Below, in pieces: positions 13,526 to 26,803 of a DNA stretch of 64,000 bases. The notes beneath the pieces are model-generated. The model was not told the DNA's origin and made no database searches. It was given only the letters and a program-made list of their open reading frames with translations. The translations under genes were made by a program, and so were the position numbers. This DNA comes from Adineta vaga (taxonomy: Eukaryota > Animalia > Rotifera), in the NCBI GenBank assembly GCA_021613535.1, contig CP075492.1:186001-250000 (forward strand), written 5' to 3'. Every line of letters begins with the position of its first letter. Within the stretch, counting starts at the first letter, position 1.

Positions 13526-13920
13526 AAGGAAAATGTCGAAAAGAAAAAAGACGAGAGTATCTTGAGGATAAGAATGTAGATAAGGATGTAGGATATGAGT
13601 GTTGATGTGCACATGATCACCTGATGTCATTCATACATATCCACCGAATACTAAACTGTCAGCAACGCTAGCAGCATTTTAACATCCATTGGAAAGATTA
13701 AACAATCAGTTCAAAGATAGTGAAATCTATTCGAAACAATTATTGCCAGGATAATATTTAGTGATTAGAGCACAAGAAAAATAAGAGTGTATCGTTGCGA
13801 TTTTATTGCATTTTTTTAAATTCAACTAGAGTATTTTCATGATATTATATATATTGAATAAATAAATCGACTTTTTTCATATTTTCGACATTTTCCTTTT
13901 CGACGTTTTTCACCAAACCC
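13526..13920. mobile_element. Degenerate MITE
   Basis: aggaaaatgtcgaaaa (~13528) is inverted relative to ttttcgacattttcct (~13882). Confidence 0.45.
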
Positions 13921-14206
13921 GAATTAATATTAAAATAGCAAATGAAATTTCATTTCATTTCGCGCGACCAATTTTATGAATATTTAAGTAAAGTCTACGA
14001 TATCTATTAAAGCATAGACTATTGAAAACTATGTCAATTCTATCAACATAAATAACTCATTTTGTTCAACGTTCTATCAGAAACAGAAAGAAAAAAATGT
14101 CCTATTTATCAATTAACAGGGTTAATAAGTATTTAAATTATAAAAACAATCATATTCTAAAGATTCAATCATTGAAAATGAAGATTTTCGACATGTTTTA
14201 GATTTC

Positions 14207-14772
14207 TAATCCTTGTACGCTCTTTGTGAATCCGATGAGACCCACAACACTGTTTTTTGATATTTTCTGCACAAAGATCTATCCTGTTCGGGCCCATATT
14301 TTCTCTAATCGTTAGCTAATGATGTATAAGTACCATATTATATTTCACATATAGGTAGTACCATTGAAAAACTGAAGGGTGGGTCCACATGGACCCTCTG
14401 ACAACTTTCATGTTATATAGATGATTTTCGTCTATATTGTATCTGCCTTTTACTATGTCGAGAGTTTATTAAACATAGATATGTTAGTACAACACTGTCA
14501 AATATGAATCGTTTGGTTTTTTAATCTATTTTTGACGATCTTGTTACGTGTTTATCGAAATACTTTTAATGGCATCTCGGATCATATTTATACATCACTA
14601 TCATACTAATGTATTTGGGTTTCGATAAAAACATATTAGAAACCTTGATACATCATATCTACTGCAGAGAATACCAAAAGTGAAGCTTCCCTAACTTATT
14701 TACATGTGGATCCTTCTGGACCCACACTAATCCCCTTTGTGTGAAAAACTAAGGACAGCGTACGAGAGTTAA
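14207..14772. mobile_element. Degenerate piggyBac-type non-autonomous element
   Basis: Left ctaatccttgtacgct versus right agcgtacgagagttaa (TTAA end). Internal gggtccacatggaccc-type palindromes. Confidence 0.5.
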
Positions 14773-15983
14773 GCAAAGTCAAAAGTTTTCTTCCTATTTC
14801 ATAGAATTATAAATTATTTTAATTTAAAATTCAATTAAAAACATTTAGATTGAATTTATTTCTTTAACTTAAATAATAAAAAGATTTCCATGAAAATAAA
14901 TGAATTTGATCAAATTAAATTTCTTCTTTGTTATTGTTTTTATCGATCTTGATTTTTTAATTATACATCTTTAGTCTAAAAATAATAAAAAGTATTTATT
15001 CTAACAATCATTGTCAATGTAAAGTTATATCAATATTATCAAATTTATAAAATATTGAATTAATATAATATAATTGATTTGATAAGAAGAAGAAGAAATA
15101 CCTTCGTCTTTCGGCAACCTTTTACAGTTTTAGGAGCTCTGGTCGGCAGGCTAACCTTGATCTAGAGATCTTTCCACTTAATTACTCAATTTCTCCATAC
15201 ATATTGACTAAGAATGTAATCAGCATGTTATCGGATGGATGATTCGAGATAAATAACCATTAGTGAATTGTCTAACGTCATTCTATGGCTGATATTATCA
15301 AGGTTTGAACACGATATCTTGTAAATACGTGACGAACAACAAAACCATTCAGTGATAGCGGACATAACTGATCTGATAAAAAAGATAATTTTGAATTAAT
15401 TAATAATATATGTTTTCTTCAATAATTTATTTATGAAAGATGTTAATTAATGTTTATTGTTCATATTAAAATTATTTTAAATCCTTTTTTTTTGTTTGAA
15501 TATGTTAAAAGTGTCATTTATACTTTGAAAATTAGTCAAGAAATTTGATGACTCGATTCAATTATTTTATTTCAATTTAGAAAAAAGATTTTAAAGAGAA
15601 TTTTGTAAAATATTACAATAAAAATTAACAATAAAATAAAAGATTATCAAATATAAAAATATGTTTATGTTTGAAATTCTATGTTTTATTAAAATATTTA
15701 ATTATCTTTTCTCATTTTTAAAATTAACAAAAAACAAAACAAAACTATTTATTAAATTAATTTATCAGTAAAAGTCAATTCCTTTTTAAATAATTCTTAA
15801 AAATAATTTATTTTAAACTTTCTTTGTATTTTTTATTTATAAGAAGCAATTAATGAACATTTTATTAAATTTAAAGAAGTTTTTTTGAAATATAAATTAT
15901 TTGTAATGGAAAACAAATCTTTTTTATTTCTTTTAAAAAAAATCAAAAATATTTTCTCGAAAGATATTAATGAAAATTTACAA

Positions 15984-18008
15984 TTAAGAAATCAATTTAA
16001 ATTTTTGAACTCGATCATTTCCTCCATCAACAACATAAAGATTTCCTTCTAAATCAAATGATAAACCACTAGGATCAAACAATTGATTTGATTCGTCTCC
16101 TTCTTCATTTCCACCAACAATTATTTCACCTTCTTGACTTCCTTCATTCCAACGCATTACTCGATTAATTTCACAACTTGCAACATAAATTTGACGATTA
16201 TGATCAACAATCAATCCTCCAGGACAAAACAACTGATTAAGATTAATTCCATAACCATTTCCACCAGCGACAATAATTCCTTCATTTGCATCTTTCAACC
16301 ATTTCATTACACGACTATTCTCAGAGTCTGATACATAAAGAGATTGTTCATCATCAACAAAGATAAAAGTAGGTAAATTGAGTTGATTAAGATGATCAGC
16401 TTTACCATTTCCACCAGCCACTAATGTTCCTTCTTTTCCTTTTATTTGTCCGATTTTCCATCTTCTCACTTCATTCTTCTTCCAATCACAAACATAAATA
16501 AATCCATATTTATCCATTGTTAAACCCGAACAGTCGATGTTTTCAATAATAATGTCTTGTTTATTTTGATTCAATAACCATCGAATGACTCGCCTATTCC
16601 CACTATCAGCAATGATGACAGAACTATTTTGTTGATCAACAATCACATTTGTTGGATATGACAACTGATCCATTCTGTTTCCCTTTCCATTTCCACCTGC
16701 AATGATTTTTCCTTGTTTTGCATTATGTTTCCATTTAACAATACGATGATTGTTAGAATCAGCAATATGAATATTCTTATTTTCATCAATAAACATCCCT
16801 ATAGGATGATTAAGTTGATTTAATTGATCTCCTTGTCCATATCCTCCAGCAATAGTCAATGCATTTTGTTTCCATTTATTCAATTTAATTTCTAAACAAA
16901 AAAGAAGAAAATATTTTTTCGATTAATTTTTCATTCTAAGTCAAAAGAAGATTTTTCTCATTGTTTTCATTGAGGTTTAATTAAAAAAGAACTTTGAAAA
17001 CGGACAATTTCTGTCCTCTAAAATCGTTCCGATTTTTATTAAAGATTGACATCAACATGAATTTATCATTGATGATGAGAAATAATTCATTTATTATATT
17101 TTACATACTTTTATTTGTTGTAATTGTATTTTCATTTGAATGTTGAACTTTTATTCGAATAAAATTCAAATAAATAAATGCGGAAACTTCAGATTTTATC
17201 CGGAAGCTATGTGTACTGCAAAAAGTGTATGAGAAAACAGAGAGAAATATCAGTATTTTTCTAATAACTCAAGAATGGTTCCTCCAATCAGGTTCATCTT
17301 CGAACTCGAGCAAGATGTTAATGAGACTGAACTGTGTAGAACATTTCACCACAATCTGACTCTTCTTTCGAAAGTTATCGTGTAAACGGGCGGCCGGACA
17401 TCCAGACCGATTCTACATGTGCACTCACTTTTTGAGTACACAAAAATGAAAATGAAGAATATAAGAATTGATAAACCAATAAATAACATAAGACATTTTT
17501 TCAATAATGATTTTGTTCTCAAAGATGAATTATTTTTATTTCCACAAATATTTTCTTGTTGAATAAAACCTAATTAAAATATTAATAAAAACTAAATAAA
17601 AAATCAATATTTCTTCCTACAAGAACTTGCAGGTATTTCTTTTTCATTATCGTTTTGATTTAATACTAGTGGCATAATTAATGATAAACTTTGCATTGAT
17701 TGATTTTCATTTAAATGTTCTAAATTTCGAATAAAATGAGAGTAAATTAACTCAAAAAGTAGTTTACCTTTTAATAATTTTGATGCATCAAAACATTGAA
17801 CTTGATCAAAAGTATTGATAAGAAAAGTCAAATCTTCATTATTTATTTTATCTTGATTAAAAAGTGAATCCATATGATTAAGTGATGGATCATCTTGAAT
17901 TCTTTGTGAAATATCATTATTAAGATAAAAATGAAGACGTTTTTGATCATCATTTGAAAGACGATTTTGAAGTTTTAAAAGAATTGAACGTAAATGTAGA
18001 TCATCCAT
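15984..18008 (-). CDS. DED-like death-fold + TM + NHL-repeat beta-propeller protein; introns 17720..17767, 17570..17620, 16892..17108; TM exon interrupted by a HINE insert
   Basis: MDDLHLRSILLKLQNRLSNDDQKRLHFYL...LTFLINTFDQVQCFDASKLLK (DED-like). Exon 3 encodes CLMLFIGLSILIFFIFIF. Last exon has NHL repeats (QLxxPxGxxVD...IYxAD..NxRV). Splice phases are compatible. Confidence 0.8.
17180..17442 (-). mobile_element. Complete HINE/DINE-1-like element
   Basis: Subterminal IR tgtgtactgcaaaaagtg / cactttttgagtacaca, terminal hairpin cttcagattttatccggaag, inserted in a T-rich site. Confidence 0.75.
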
Positions 18009-18966
18009 TGATAAAATTAGAAAATAAGCCAAAGCTTTTTCTTCTTTTCACTTAACGATTTATATTTTTTATGTGAAATAAAAAAAAACAAATGTATTAT
18101 TTTATATGTAAAATACGACACGTACACTGATAAGAAGAAGAAGAAAACCTATAAATATGAAGATTAATTTGAAAAAATGTGGTATGATGTTATGTGGGAG
18201 AATGTTACTTTTATTCCATTTATTATTAATAAATCTTTTTGAACTATGATCTTTATATTGTTTTATTTATCATCAAGAAAGACAAAATTGAACTGATAGA
18301 ATTGATTTTATTTTACTTTTCATTCTTTTCTCTATTAGAAACATAAAGATATATCTATATTCATCAATTATAACAAAAGATGATATGACTAAGTGTGTGT
18401 GTATGTATCACAAAAACATAATCATATAAACAAAATTGATAATAAAAATAAAATATTCAAGATGTTATTGAAGTATAGAATGATCACAATCATTTTAGAT
18501 CAATAATTCTCTACATGCTTTAGCATTATATGAAGTCATTGAAACGGTGGATTTAGGAAATAAATAATCTGTACAACATCTAAACATAATGCTGTTATAG
18601 AAAGAATATTCAATATTATTACAATTATTTTCTTGAAATCTATATAACGATACTAACAAACAACGTAATTTTACTAAAAAATGAATATTACATATTATGA
18701 CATTGTATTATGAAAAGTGATCATTATTTTTTATTCTATTTTATTTCGATTATAATATTATATTTTGATATATACGAATTTATATGTCGAGGGTATAGAG
18801 AAATCATTACTTAAATCGAACAGAAAATAGAGGATGTAAGTATCTTATACCTATACTGACACTCACATCTACAGCCTGAAGAAGATGTTGATGTCCGGTG
18901 ACGCAGTATTATGAGATATTTTCAACGTTTGGACTCAGGTAAAGAAAACGTTTTATGTTGTTTATA

Positions 18967-19429
18967 CAGTAAAACCTCTCTATTCTGAACACTCACGGGA
19001 CTTTTGTAAATCGTTTACAAATGACGGGATGATCAGATATAGGAGAGAGTTATATAAAGAAAACTTTTTCGTTTATCGTATATTTTCATCATTTACTATT
19101 GATGAGCAGATTTCTATTCATTTCGTAATCAGTTGTGTATTTTCATTTTCTTTTTAAAAGATTTCAAACAGCTTCAATTGAAACTTAAAACTCCCTGAGA
19201 AGGTCGTTATTTTCTTTCTAACAAACTCCATGGCCAGTTACCATGTTTATTGATTTAACGATATAATATACAAATATACACGACCCACATATAATTCAAT
19301 TAATCTTTTGTATTTCTTTGTTTTTCTCTCTAATCGAACACGGAACAAACCAATGACATGCATCGTGTTAACTCAAAATGTAAGATCATTCGGCGAATCA
19401 GAGAGTGTTCAATAAGCGAGGCTTTACCG
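18967..19429. mobile_element. pogo/Tigger-like MITE
   Basis: TA|CAGTAAAACCTC...GAACACTC and GAGTGTTC...GAGGCTTTACCG|TA. Confidence 0.7.
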
Positions 19430-20883
19430 TAGTTAGTCTATAAATCACTTCATTTCGATAATAAAATTCAGAATCGATCGAACAACGTTTCTGTAGAAAT
19501 CCGTTCTTTGAATTTTTTGTATTGAGAAGGTAAAATATGTTATAACTATTGTCACAATTTTGTACTTATCAGTTGTTCTTCTATTAAATGTTAAAATATT
19601 CAATGAATACTCATTAGAACATATTTCTATACCACCTTTTCCACACCGGAAAATGATACTTTGTATTAAATGAGCTTACTGTTTTTTGTGCAGAAAACGA
19701 TTGATGGATATTTCACAATCGTAAAATCGAACACTTTCGATCTCAGAAATATGTAGAATAAGTCAAGCAATCATGATTTTTATCTAACTGAAAGATGAAT
19801 ACTTTTTTCATTCGAACCAGTTTTTTTGTAAGAAATAAGATAGAATGAATGAACTTTATGCGATAGAGAAAAGAGGATTCGGGGATCGAACATAATATCA
19901 GAAAGACTCAATGATAACTATTCTGTAAGTATATGGAAAACGGACTCCTCACCACAGTTCAACAGTAAAAAGCAAAGAATCGTAGAATAGTTTGCCGTGT
20001 GTTGTTGTTGACCTGATATATACAGCAGCACAATTTCGCTTCTTGCAAACGATTAATTTTAATGTTTCTTCTATATCTTTCCTCACCTCTCATCTCTCTC
20101 CTAGTGAACTTTTTTTTAACTGGGTGACTCGGCGAAGTACAGAAAAAAAGAAAAGATTTCATGTTTATCCAACAAGGTGCATCCGAATATATAGTGGGTG
20201 TTTGTTATAGGTGACATAAGAATTTTCGTTGGATTTGTAATCGGCGAAAAAAATCTAGAAAATAAGAGTCATGATATTAGTCGCTGAAAATGAAGTTACT
20301 GGAAAAAATGTTGCTAAATCAGCGCGTGTATTTTTGTTCTTTTGTGCATGCAGATTCGGTGATAGTGTACACAATCGAAGAAAGAAAATAATAAAAGTTA
20401 TGTTCTTCATTTTATGTATCTGTTTTATTGATAATTGAATATTACTGGAATATATTACGTAATTATTATTTCAACGAAATTCAATACATAGTTGGAGATA
20501 CACAGAGAAAGCGTAGATCAAAGACGAACAATTCCGTCGAGTAATATTAGTTGTTGCTTATTAATTTCGATAGTTATTTATTGTTTTTATATTTGATTTT
20601 GCTTTTCCAAATATTTTACCGGAGAATTTTTCATAACAATCAGTTTCGACTCATATTGATTCCAATCAAATTGAATATTTAAAGATTTTTCTCAACTTTC
20701 TATTATTTATTGAAATGAATTCAATATGATATGTCAAGACTTTGTACTTTACATTTCCAACGCACTAATAGATATATATAAAAGTGTGGTGTCTCCTATC
20801 ATTAGAAGCATCCTAATCTTCACCCTGGCATTTAAATTTTTTTTATTGGAAAATGGAAAAGATTCGTTAATAAATGACAATAT

Positions 20884-23415
20884 TTATGGATCAGAAAAGA
20901 CATCTGTTATTTCCTGAGTAGTAATATCGGTATATGTTTCTCTAAAATTATCAGGAATAGGATTGTAAGTTTCATTAGAGATGAAATTTTGTTTTTCTAA
21001 TGATTTCTGATGAAATAATGAATTTTGATCAAGAAGATCGGCGAAAACATGCTGTTTCATTTCATTGTCAATCATATTAATAAAATGAATATTATTCATT
21101 TTAACTGTATCATTGCCTGACTCAATACATAAATAAATCGTACACATAGTAATAAGAACTTTGAGTTTTTTCATCAATTGATCAATTCGACGAACTTGAC
21201 ATGATAATCTTCCATTAAAAATCAAAAGATATTTTAATTGTTCAAGGAATATGAAATCATACATATATCTTTTATAACGACGCAATGTAAGTAAAAAGTT
21301 ATTGCTTCCATCTCTTGTCGTCATTTCATCTATTGATATATATTTTCTCACCGATAAAACACAATAAAACCGATAGTCGTTTACAGACAGTCTTTGATTT
21401 TCTATTAGTGGAAGTCGAAGAATAATTCTTGAGTCAACTGTATCATACCATTCGGAAATAATTGGAAGTAATCTGTCTACCTTACGAAAAAAGTCTTCTG
21501 TTGAAAGTAGATTAGTGGTACAATCTTTGAAAGATTTGTATATAATCGATAGATGTCTTTGCATTTCATACACATGTAATGTATCTTCCCAGGAAAAATG
21601 TATTTCAGATTTCTTTTCGTTGTTCTTGGTTAATTTGAAAGAAGTTTTTAAGTTTTTGATTTCTTTTTCTATTTCGCATTTGATCTTTGCATCATTATTA
21701 GTAATTATTTGCAATATCTTTTCATAACAACTCTTTGCACGTTCTCTATCATCAATCTTTTTATACATTTCTGCAGCAGTTTTAAGCGTATTAATTATTT
21801 GGTTGGTGTTTGTTGTACAAAATTGTTCTAAATATTGTTCGTAGAAAGCTATCCATCGTACAGGTATCGTCTTATCAGAATGAGACAATTTGTATAAATT
21901 TTGAAAATTAGATCGATTTGATTTAATAATAGAAATAGTAAATAGAAGATCTTTTTGCATATCGATGGCTTCTCTTGACCAATATAAATTATTAGTAAAA
22001 CAACCATAAAATATCAAATTTAATGGTGATTTATATCTTAGACCTTGATGCCATTGATTCCTCAGATTATTCCACCATATTGTCCAATTCGTATTGTCAA
22101 ACTTTGTTTGATCGTTTGCTGTTATTTCTAACATATTTATTATATCATGATAAACTTGTCCATCTTTTAATTTTTCAAATTCGTCGATAATAGCATGAGC
22201 ACTGAAAGAGCTTTGCATCTCTTCAGATTTGGCTAATTGCAATGTAATTAACAATAAAGAATCATTTGAATTTTCAATATTTTTTATAGAAAAATGTGTA
22301 ACAAGAGAAAAGAGTACTTCTCGTTCATTCACCATATCAGACAGGAAAGAAATGTCTGCAAACACTTGTTCATGACAAAAGAAACCTTTCTCGACATAAT
22401 TATAATCATCAGTTATTACAATTTCAAATAAACAAGAAATAACACCATTTGTAGGTGGTATAAAATTCAATGCAATATCAGGATCACGTGATGTGGAACA
22501 AAATGTGGTCATAGTAAGAACAGGATGATTTGATTTCCATACTGAATAAATATGATTGACTTGTTCGACAGTTAAATATTGTCCTCGATAAATACTTCGA
22601 ATTAATCCTTGATCTTTCATTTCACCATAATATTTAGTACAAAGTTTAGATAATTGAAAATGTAAATCTCGAATAAATGGACTAAATATTCTAATTAGTC
22701 GAATATTTTGTGTACGTAAAGCATGATTAAGAATACGATAAAAGAAACTATCACGTGTATATTCCTCAATTGAATGTGTTGATTTGTAATTTTGTGACAA
22801 TCGATTGATTTGTTTGAGTATTGATTGATTATTCTTATAATATTCACGACATTCGTTGAATGTACTATCATAAGACAATTTGATAGTATCAGGTCTATAA
22901 CAAATCATTGTTAGAAATAAATGATACCATTGAGAAGTAGGTATTGATGATTTTACAAATGATTTTTCTTCAAATGGCCATCGACTACTAAATAGTTTTG
23001 CATCTTGATGTAATTGTCGAATTAAATCTGTTGGATCGGATGTTATACATCGAATTGTTTTGATTTTGTTGGCCCAATCTTTATGATAATTTTCATTCTT
23101 GCAATAAATATATACACATCTAATCTGTGTTTTATTTAGAATTTCATCATGATATTTTTTTCCTAATGTACCAGAAATAATCAAGAAAATATCGATATCA
23201 GATTGAGAATCAATAAATACAGAACTCTTTTCAATATCATCAAACGACTGTAAATAATCATATTTAACCATCATTGGAAGTTTATCGATAAAATGTTCTC
23301 TATCATCAATACCAATGATTAATACAATATAATCATCGAAATTATCAAGTATTTTAAGATTTAATGTTGATAATATATTTTCATCAATATGACGCGAATT
23401 CGTAGCTTCATCCAT
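20884..23415 (-). CDS. ARTC-type (R-S-E) mono-ADP-ribosyltransferase with N-terminal receiver-like alpha/beta region, a TPR-like helix pair and an unknown C-terminus; 843 aa, single ORF
   Basis: EYTRDSFFYRILNHALR, IYRGQ, FCSTSRD, LFEI, NEREVLF. N-terminal IFLIISG/VYIYC pattern. AAEMYKKIDDRERAKSCYEKIL. Confidence 0.88.
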   Translation of the reverse strand: MDEATNSRHIDENILSTLNLKILDNFDDYIVLIIGIDDREHFIDKLPMMVKYDYLQSFDDIEKSSVFIDSQSDIDIFLIISGTLGKKYHDEILNKTQIRCVYIYCKNENYHKDWANKIKTIRCITSDPTDLIRQLHQDAKLFSSRWPFEEKSFVKSSIPTSQWYHLFLTMICYRPDTIKLSYDSTFNECREYYKNNQSILKQINRLSQNYKSTHSIEEYTRDSFFYRILNHALRTQNIRLIRIFSPFIRDLHFQLSKLCTKYYGEMKDQGLIRSIYRGQYLTVEQVNHIYSVWKSNHPVLTMTTFCSTSRDPDIALNFIPPTNGVISCLFEIVITDDYNYVEKGFFCHEQVFADISFLSDMVNEREVLFSLVTHFSIKNIENSNDSLLLITLQLAKSEEMQSSFSAHAIIDEFEKLKDGQVYHDIINMLEITANDQTKFDNTNWTIWWNNLRNQWHQGLRYKSPLNLIFYGCFTNNLYWSREAIDMQKDLLFTISIIKSNRSNFQNLYKLSHSDKTIPVRWIAFYEQYLEQFCTTNTNQIINTLKTAAEMYKKIDDRERAKSCYEKILQIITNNDAKIKCEIEKEIKNLKTSFKLTKNNEKKSEIHFSWEDTLHVYEMQRHLSIIYKSFKDCTTNLLSTEDFFRKVDRLLPIISEWYDTVDSRIILRLPLIENQRLSVNDYRFYCVLSVRKYISIDEMTTRDGSNNFLLTLRRYKRYMYDFIFLEQLKYLLIFNGRLSCQVRRIDQLMKKLKVLITMCTIYLCIESGNDTVKMNNIHFINMIDNEMKQHVFADLLDQNSLFHQKSLEKQNFISNETYNPIPDNFRETYTDITTQEITDVFSDP

Positions 23416-23712
23416 TAGTTAATAATAAGAATAAAAGTGACTTGTGTAACACAAGAACTGAAAGAAAATGAAATGAATAAGATTCAGTCATTGATAACAC
23501 ATATTTTACAGGTTTACTTTTATTTTGATAATATATCTATATGCTGACGATAGTGAGTAAGAGAATACATTAGTATATTAAAACTCTTGTGAAGAATTTT
23601 TATGTGTGAGCTCTTTTTGTTCTATTAAAATATTACTAAATAGAAAAAGAAAAAGTTAAATTGTGAGTGAATACCTCTTCTTCTTCTTCTTCTTCTTCTC
23701 TACAGTCATATT

Positions 23713-25060
23713 TTAACATTTTGATTTTAGTTGTGTCCTATCACGTTTGATCATTTTCTCTATACGATCTTCTATATTATATATAACAAGTGTTTCTAGA
23801 TCATTTATTTTCGACCATTGACTGTGATTTGGACTCCAACGTATTCCTAATTCATATAGAAAATCTTTTTCTATATATAAATTATTAACATCTATATCAA
23901 TAGTACGATATTTTCGATGTTTTAAAACACAATCTGGTACAACTAAATCCATTGTAAATGGACTATAATCTTCATCTAATAATAATACAAAACCATTTTG
24001 TGTTTCAATTAAACTTCGACATTGAATTCTATATTTTCGTAATTCATCTCGAAATCGATAATTAATATCAAAATTTTTGTTGGGCAGATAACAATCGATA
24101 TTATTTGGTACAAATTCTTTAATTACATGAGATATTTCTTTTACATTTCGAAAGTCGTAACCTTTGCAAGTATATGTAATCCATGGAGATAATTCGTTAG
24201 TTTCAGATGGTTTCGCTGAATATCCTCCAACAATCCAATCACGCGCAAAACCACCAAAGATACGACAATTAAATTGACAAATAACAATCCATGCAGCTAT
24301 TTCCATACGTATTTCGCGACTTCATAATTTTAATCGAGGTGGAGGAATATCTAGGAAGATTCATGAATTTCATCGATGATAAATCAAATTTACTAGTATA
24401 ACTCACCATATTCATCAGTATCTTTCTTTCGTGTACGTAGTTCACCAATATACAACATGGATAATCTTCGTCTTCAACTTTAGGTATAAATTCATACTGT
24501 AAGAAAATACAAGATTATTATTAGTTTTATTTCTATTGAAATCTCGAGAAGAAAATATTAAACTTTTGTTTCCGCGTGATCATCTTCGTTTGTTTCTTCT
24601 CTGTAATAATACTGAATACGTTCAATAAGTATTTCCAAGGCTGTTGCATCACTCGTCAAGTGATTTGAGTGCATTTTCATTAAACATAATATACCTTTCT
24701 GTATCAATAATAAGAATTAGAGAACAAAATAGAAACAATCGATTAATGAACAGTTTAAAACTTACTGCATCTCTTATTGATTCCTATTTATTTTCTGCTT
24801 CCATCAAATGTTGTGCAGCACATGTTTTACATTTTGCATCATTAAATATTTAACAAACTTCTAATTCACATTTTACTCGACATTTTGAACATTTTGCTCT
24901 CTAACAATGCCGACGATATGTGTAAATATTTTTATCTAATACAAAGTGACTAGAATAACAAAAACGTTATCAATTTGAAATTTGAGTTTCGACACTTTTA
25001 CACAAAGCAGAGAAACAAAAGAAAATACAATTCATTCTGTTGATATTTTAAAAACATCTT
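23713..25060 (-). pseudogene. Decayed gene: Cys/His-rich (RING/B-box-like) N-terminus + poly(A) polymerase/CCA-type nucleotidyltransferase head
   Basis: IFGGFARDWIV...NIDC...IDIDVNNL. Upstream exons read RHC*RAKCSKC...C*...CKTCAAQH, with an in-frame stop just before SREIRMEIAAW. Confidence 0.6.
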
Positions 25061-25584
25061 CACCTATTTCTTAAAAGAAAAATTTAGAATGATCCTGATT
25101 ACTAGGCCCGAAAAGGTTTCTAAAAAAGTACTTTTTGGTAATATTGGAACGTCTTATTCAATATGTTGAAAACATGCTCTTTGTTTCTATCATATTTTTA
25201 TCAGTGAGTGTCTTCGTTCACGAAAATAGTCGCTTTTATAGGTAAGACTCAATTCAATGTCACCATCATTTCATTCTTTTCTACTTATTGTTGGAAGAAA
25301 ATGACATTTTGAAGCAGAAGAAACAATTAAAGATATTAAGAGCCAATTGCTCGAATATAAGATGAAATCTAGATTGAAACATATAGATGCATCTTCTAAT
25401 GCTGACAAAATGGATACGAATAATATTTTTATTTGAGAGATCAACAAGAAGGATAGATGTGGAATTAAAGATGGTAATCATCTAAACTTATCCACAACTT
25501 CTTTTCCGATGAAACAACGTTCAAACGGATACAACATCGAATGATACGTGCACAGTAATATCAATTTGATAATAGAGTTTTCAA

Positions 25585-25890
25585 TCATTTTCTAAACTTG
25601 AGATTGAATAGATTGTATCTTATGTATAATTGACGAAGCCGTTCACGATAAATACTCCCTGTAACAATATAGAGAAAAAATGCAGCAAAATAATCACATT
25701 CTTGTATAATAACCAAGATGTAATGTAGAGCGATCATATTCAGCGTACGTGTCGATGGATCAAATGAAACAGTAAGAATGATATGAATAAATATTTGAAG
25801 GATTAACATTCGTGTTAATTGTTCTTCTGTAAGACGTGAATGTGTTGTCGAATGATTTTGTTGTACAAGATTGGAAAAAATGTTTTTCAA
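25585..25890 (-). pseudogene. Rhodopsin-family GPCR C-terminal fragment (TM6-TM7)
   Basis: EEQLTRMLILQIF...FFLYIVTGSIYRERL. TM6 looks partly deleted and the 5' side is replaced by repeat sequence. Confidence 0.6.
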
Positions 25891-26340
25891 GGGGGGTAAC
25901 GCTATAATTTTAAATAGGAGACATGATGAATTTTACACCAAATGAAAGCCCGTGAAAAACGGGGTTTAGTAATACTAAAAAGTAGAACTTTGAAGAACTT
26001 TCATATGTCAAATTATCAAAAACAATGAAATTTTCACTAAAAAAATCACTAAAACTGATTTTTAATGAGTTTCAAGGCATTGTAAAACGAAGAGTTTTCA
26101 AAAGCAAAGCGAAAGTAGATTATCTTGAGGGTGTGGGTGTGAGTTAGGAGAAGCTGATCTACGCACTCATCTACACCGACCCACCCCTTGATGTAATAAT
26201 AAGACATTTGATGATGCATCCTGTGCACATTTAGAATAGGAAACAATCTGATTATCGATATCAGTAGAAAGTCATACCTGATACATCAGGGTACGAGTAT
26301 GGATGTGGATGCGTGGCTGAATGAACAAAAACGAGACTTA

Positions 26341-26649
26341 GATGTAACGGATGAGCCAGATTAAATGACTGCGCTGTGCATCCCATATTTTCATCGCTTA
26401 TTTCGTCTTATTAGAAAAACAAAATATACCAATAGATGCATCGTAAAAAGCTTTTTTAATTTGCACGATTACAATTTCGATCATTTTGAAAGCAAAAAGT
26501 GCAATTGTAAGAAAAAAGGTATGATGTGAATTCTAGGTTTTTTCACTCTGTATCTTTTGGCATATTTGGTTTTTTTTGATAAGACGAAATAAGTGGTGAA
26601 AATATGGAATACAAAGTGCGCCCATTTAATCTGACTCATCCGTTATATG
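26341..26649. mobile_element. MITE with ~100-bp TIRs
   Basis: taacggatgagccagattaaatg...cttatttcgtctta versus taagacgaaataag...catttaatctgactcatccgtta. Confidence 0.75.
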
Positions 26650-26803
26650 TCATATACTTCGTTATAAAGGAAGTGCATTAACAGCTGTTTCTTTTCAGAT
26701 TTGCTTTATTTAAATAAAAACATTAATTAAAACAACAATAAATTGATTCCTAACGAAAATTCTGAAGTTCATCAGACATACAGAGGTACGTCTATATTTT
26801 ATT

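Noticed and set aside
19959-20210. Short ORFs on both strands
   Set aside because: No motifs or splice support; probably non-coding or repeat-derived.
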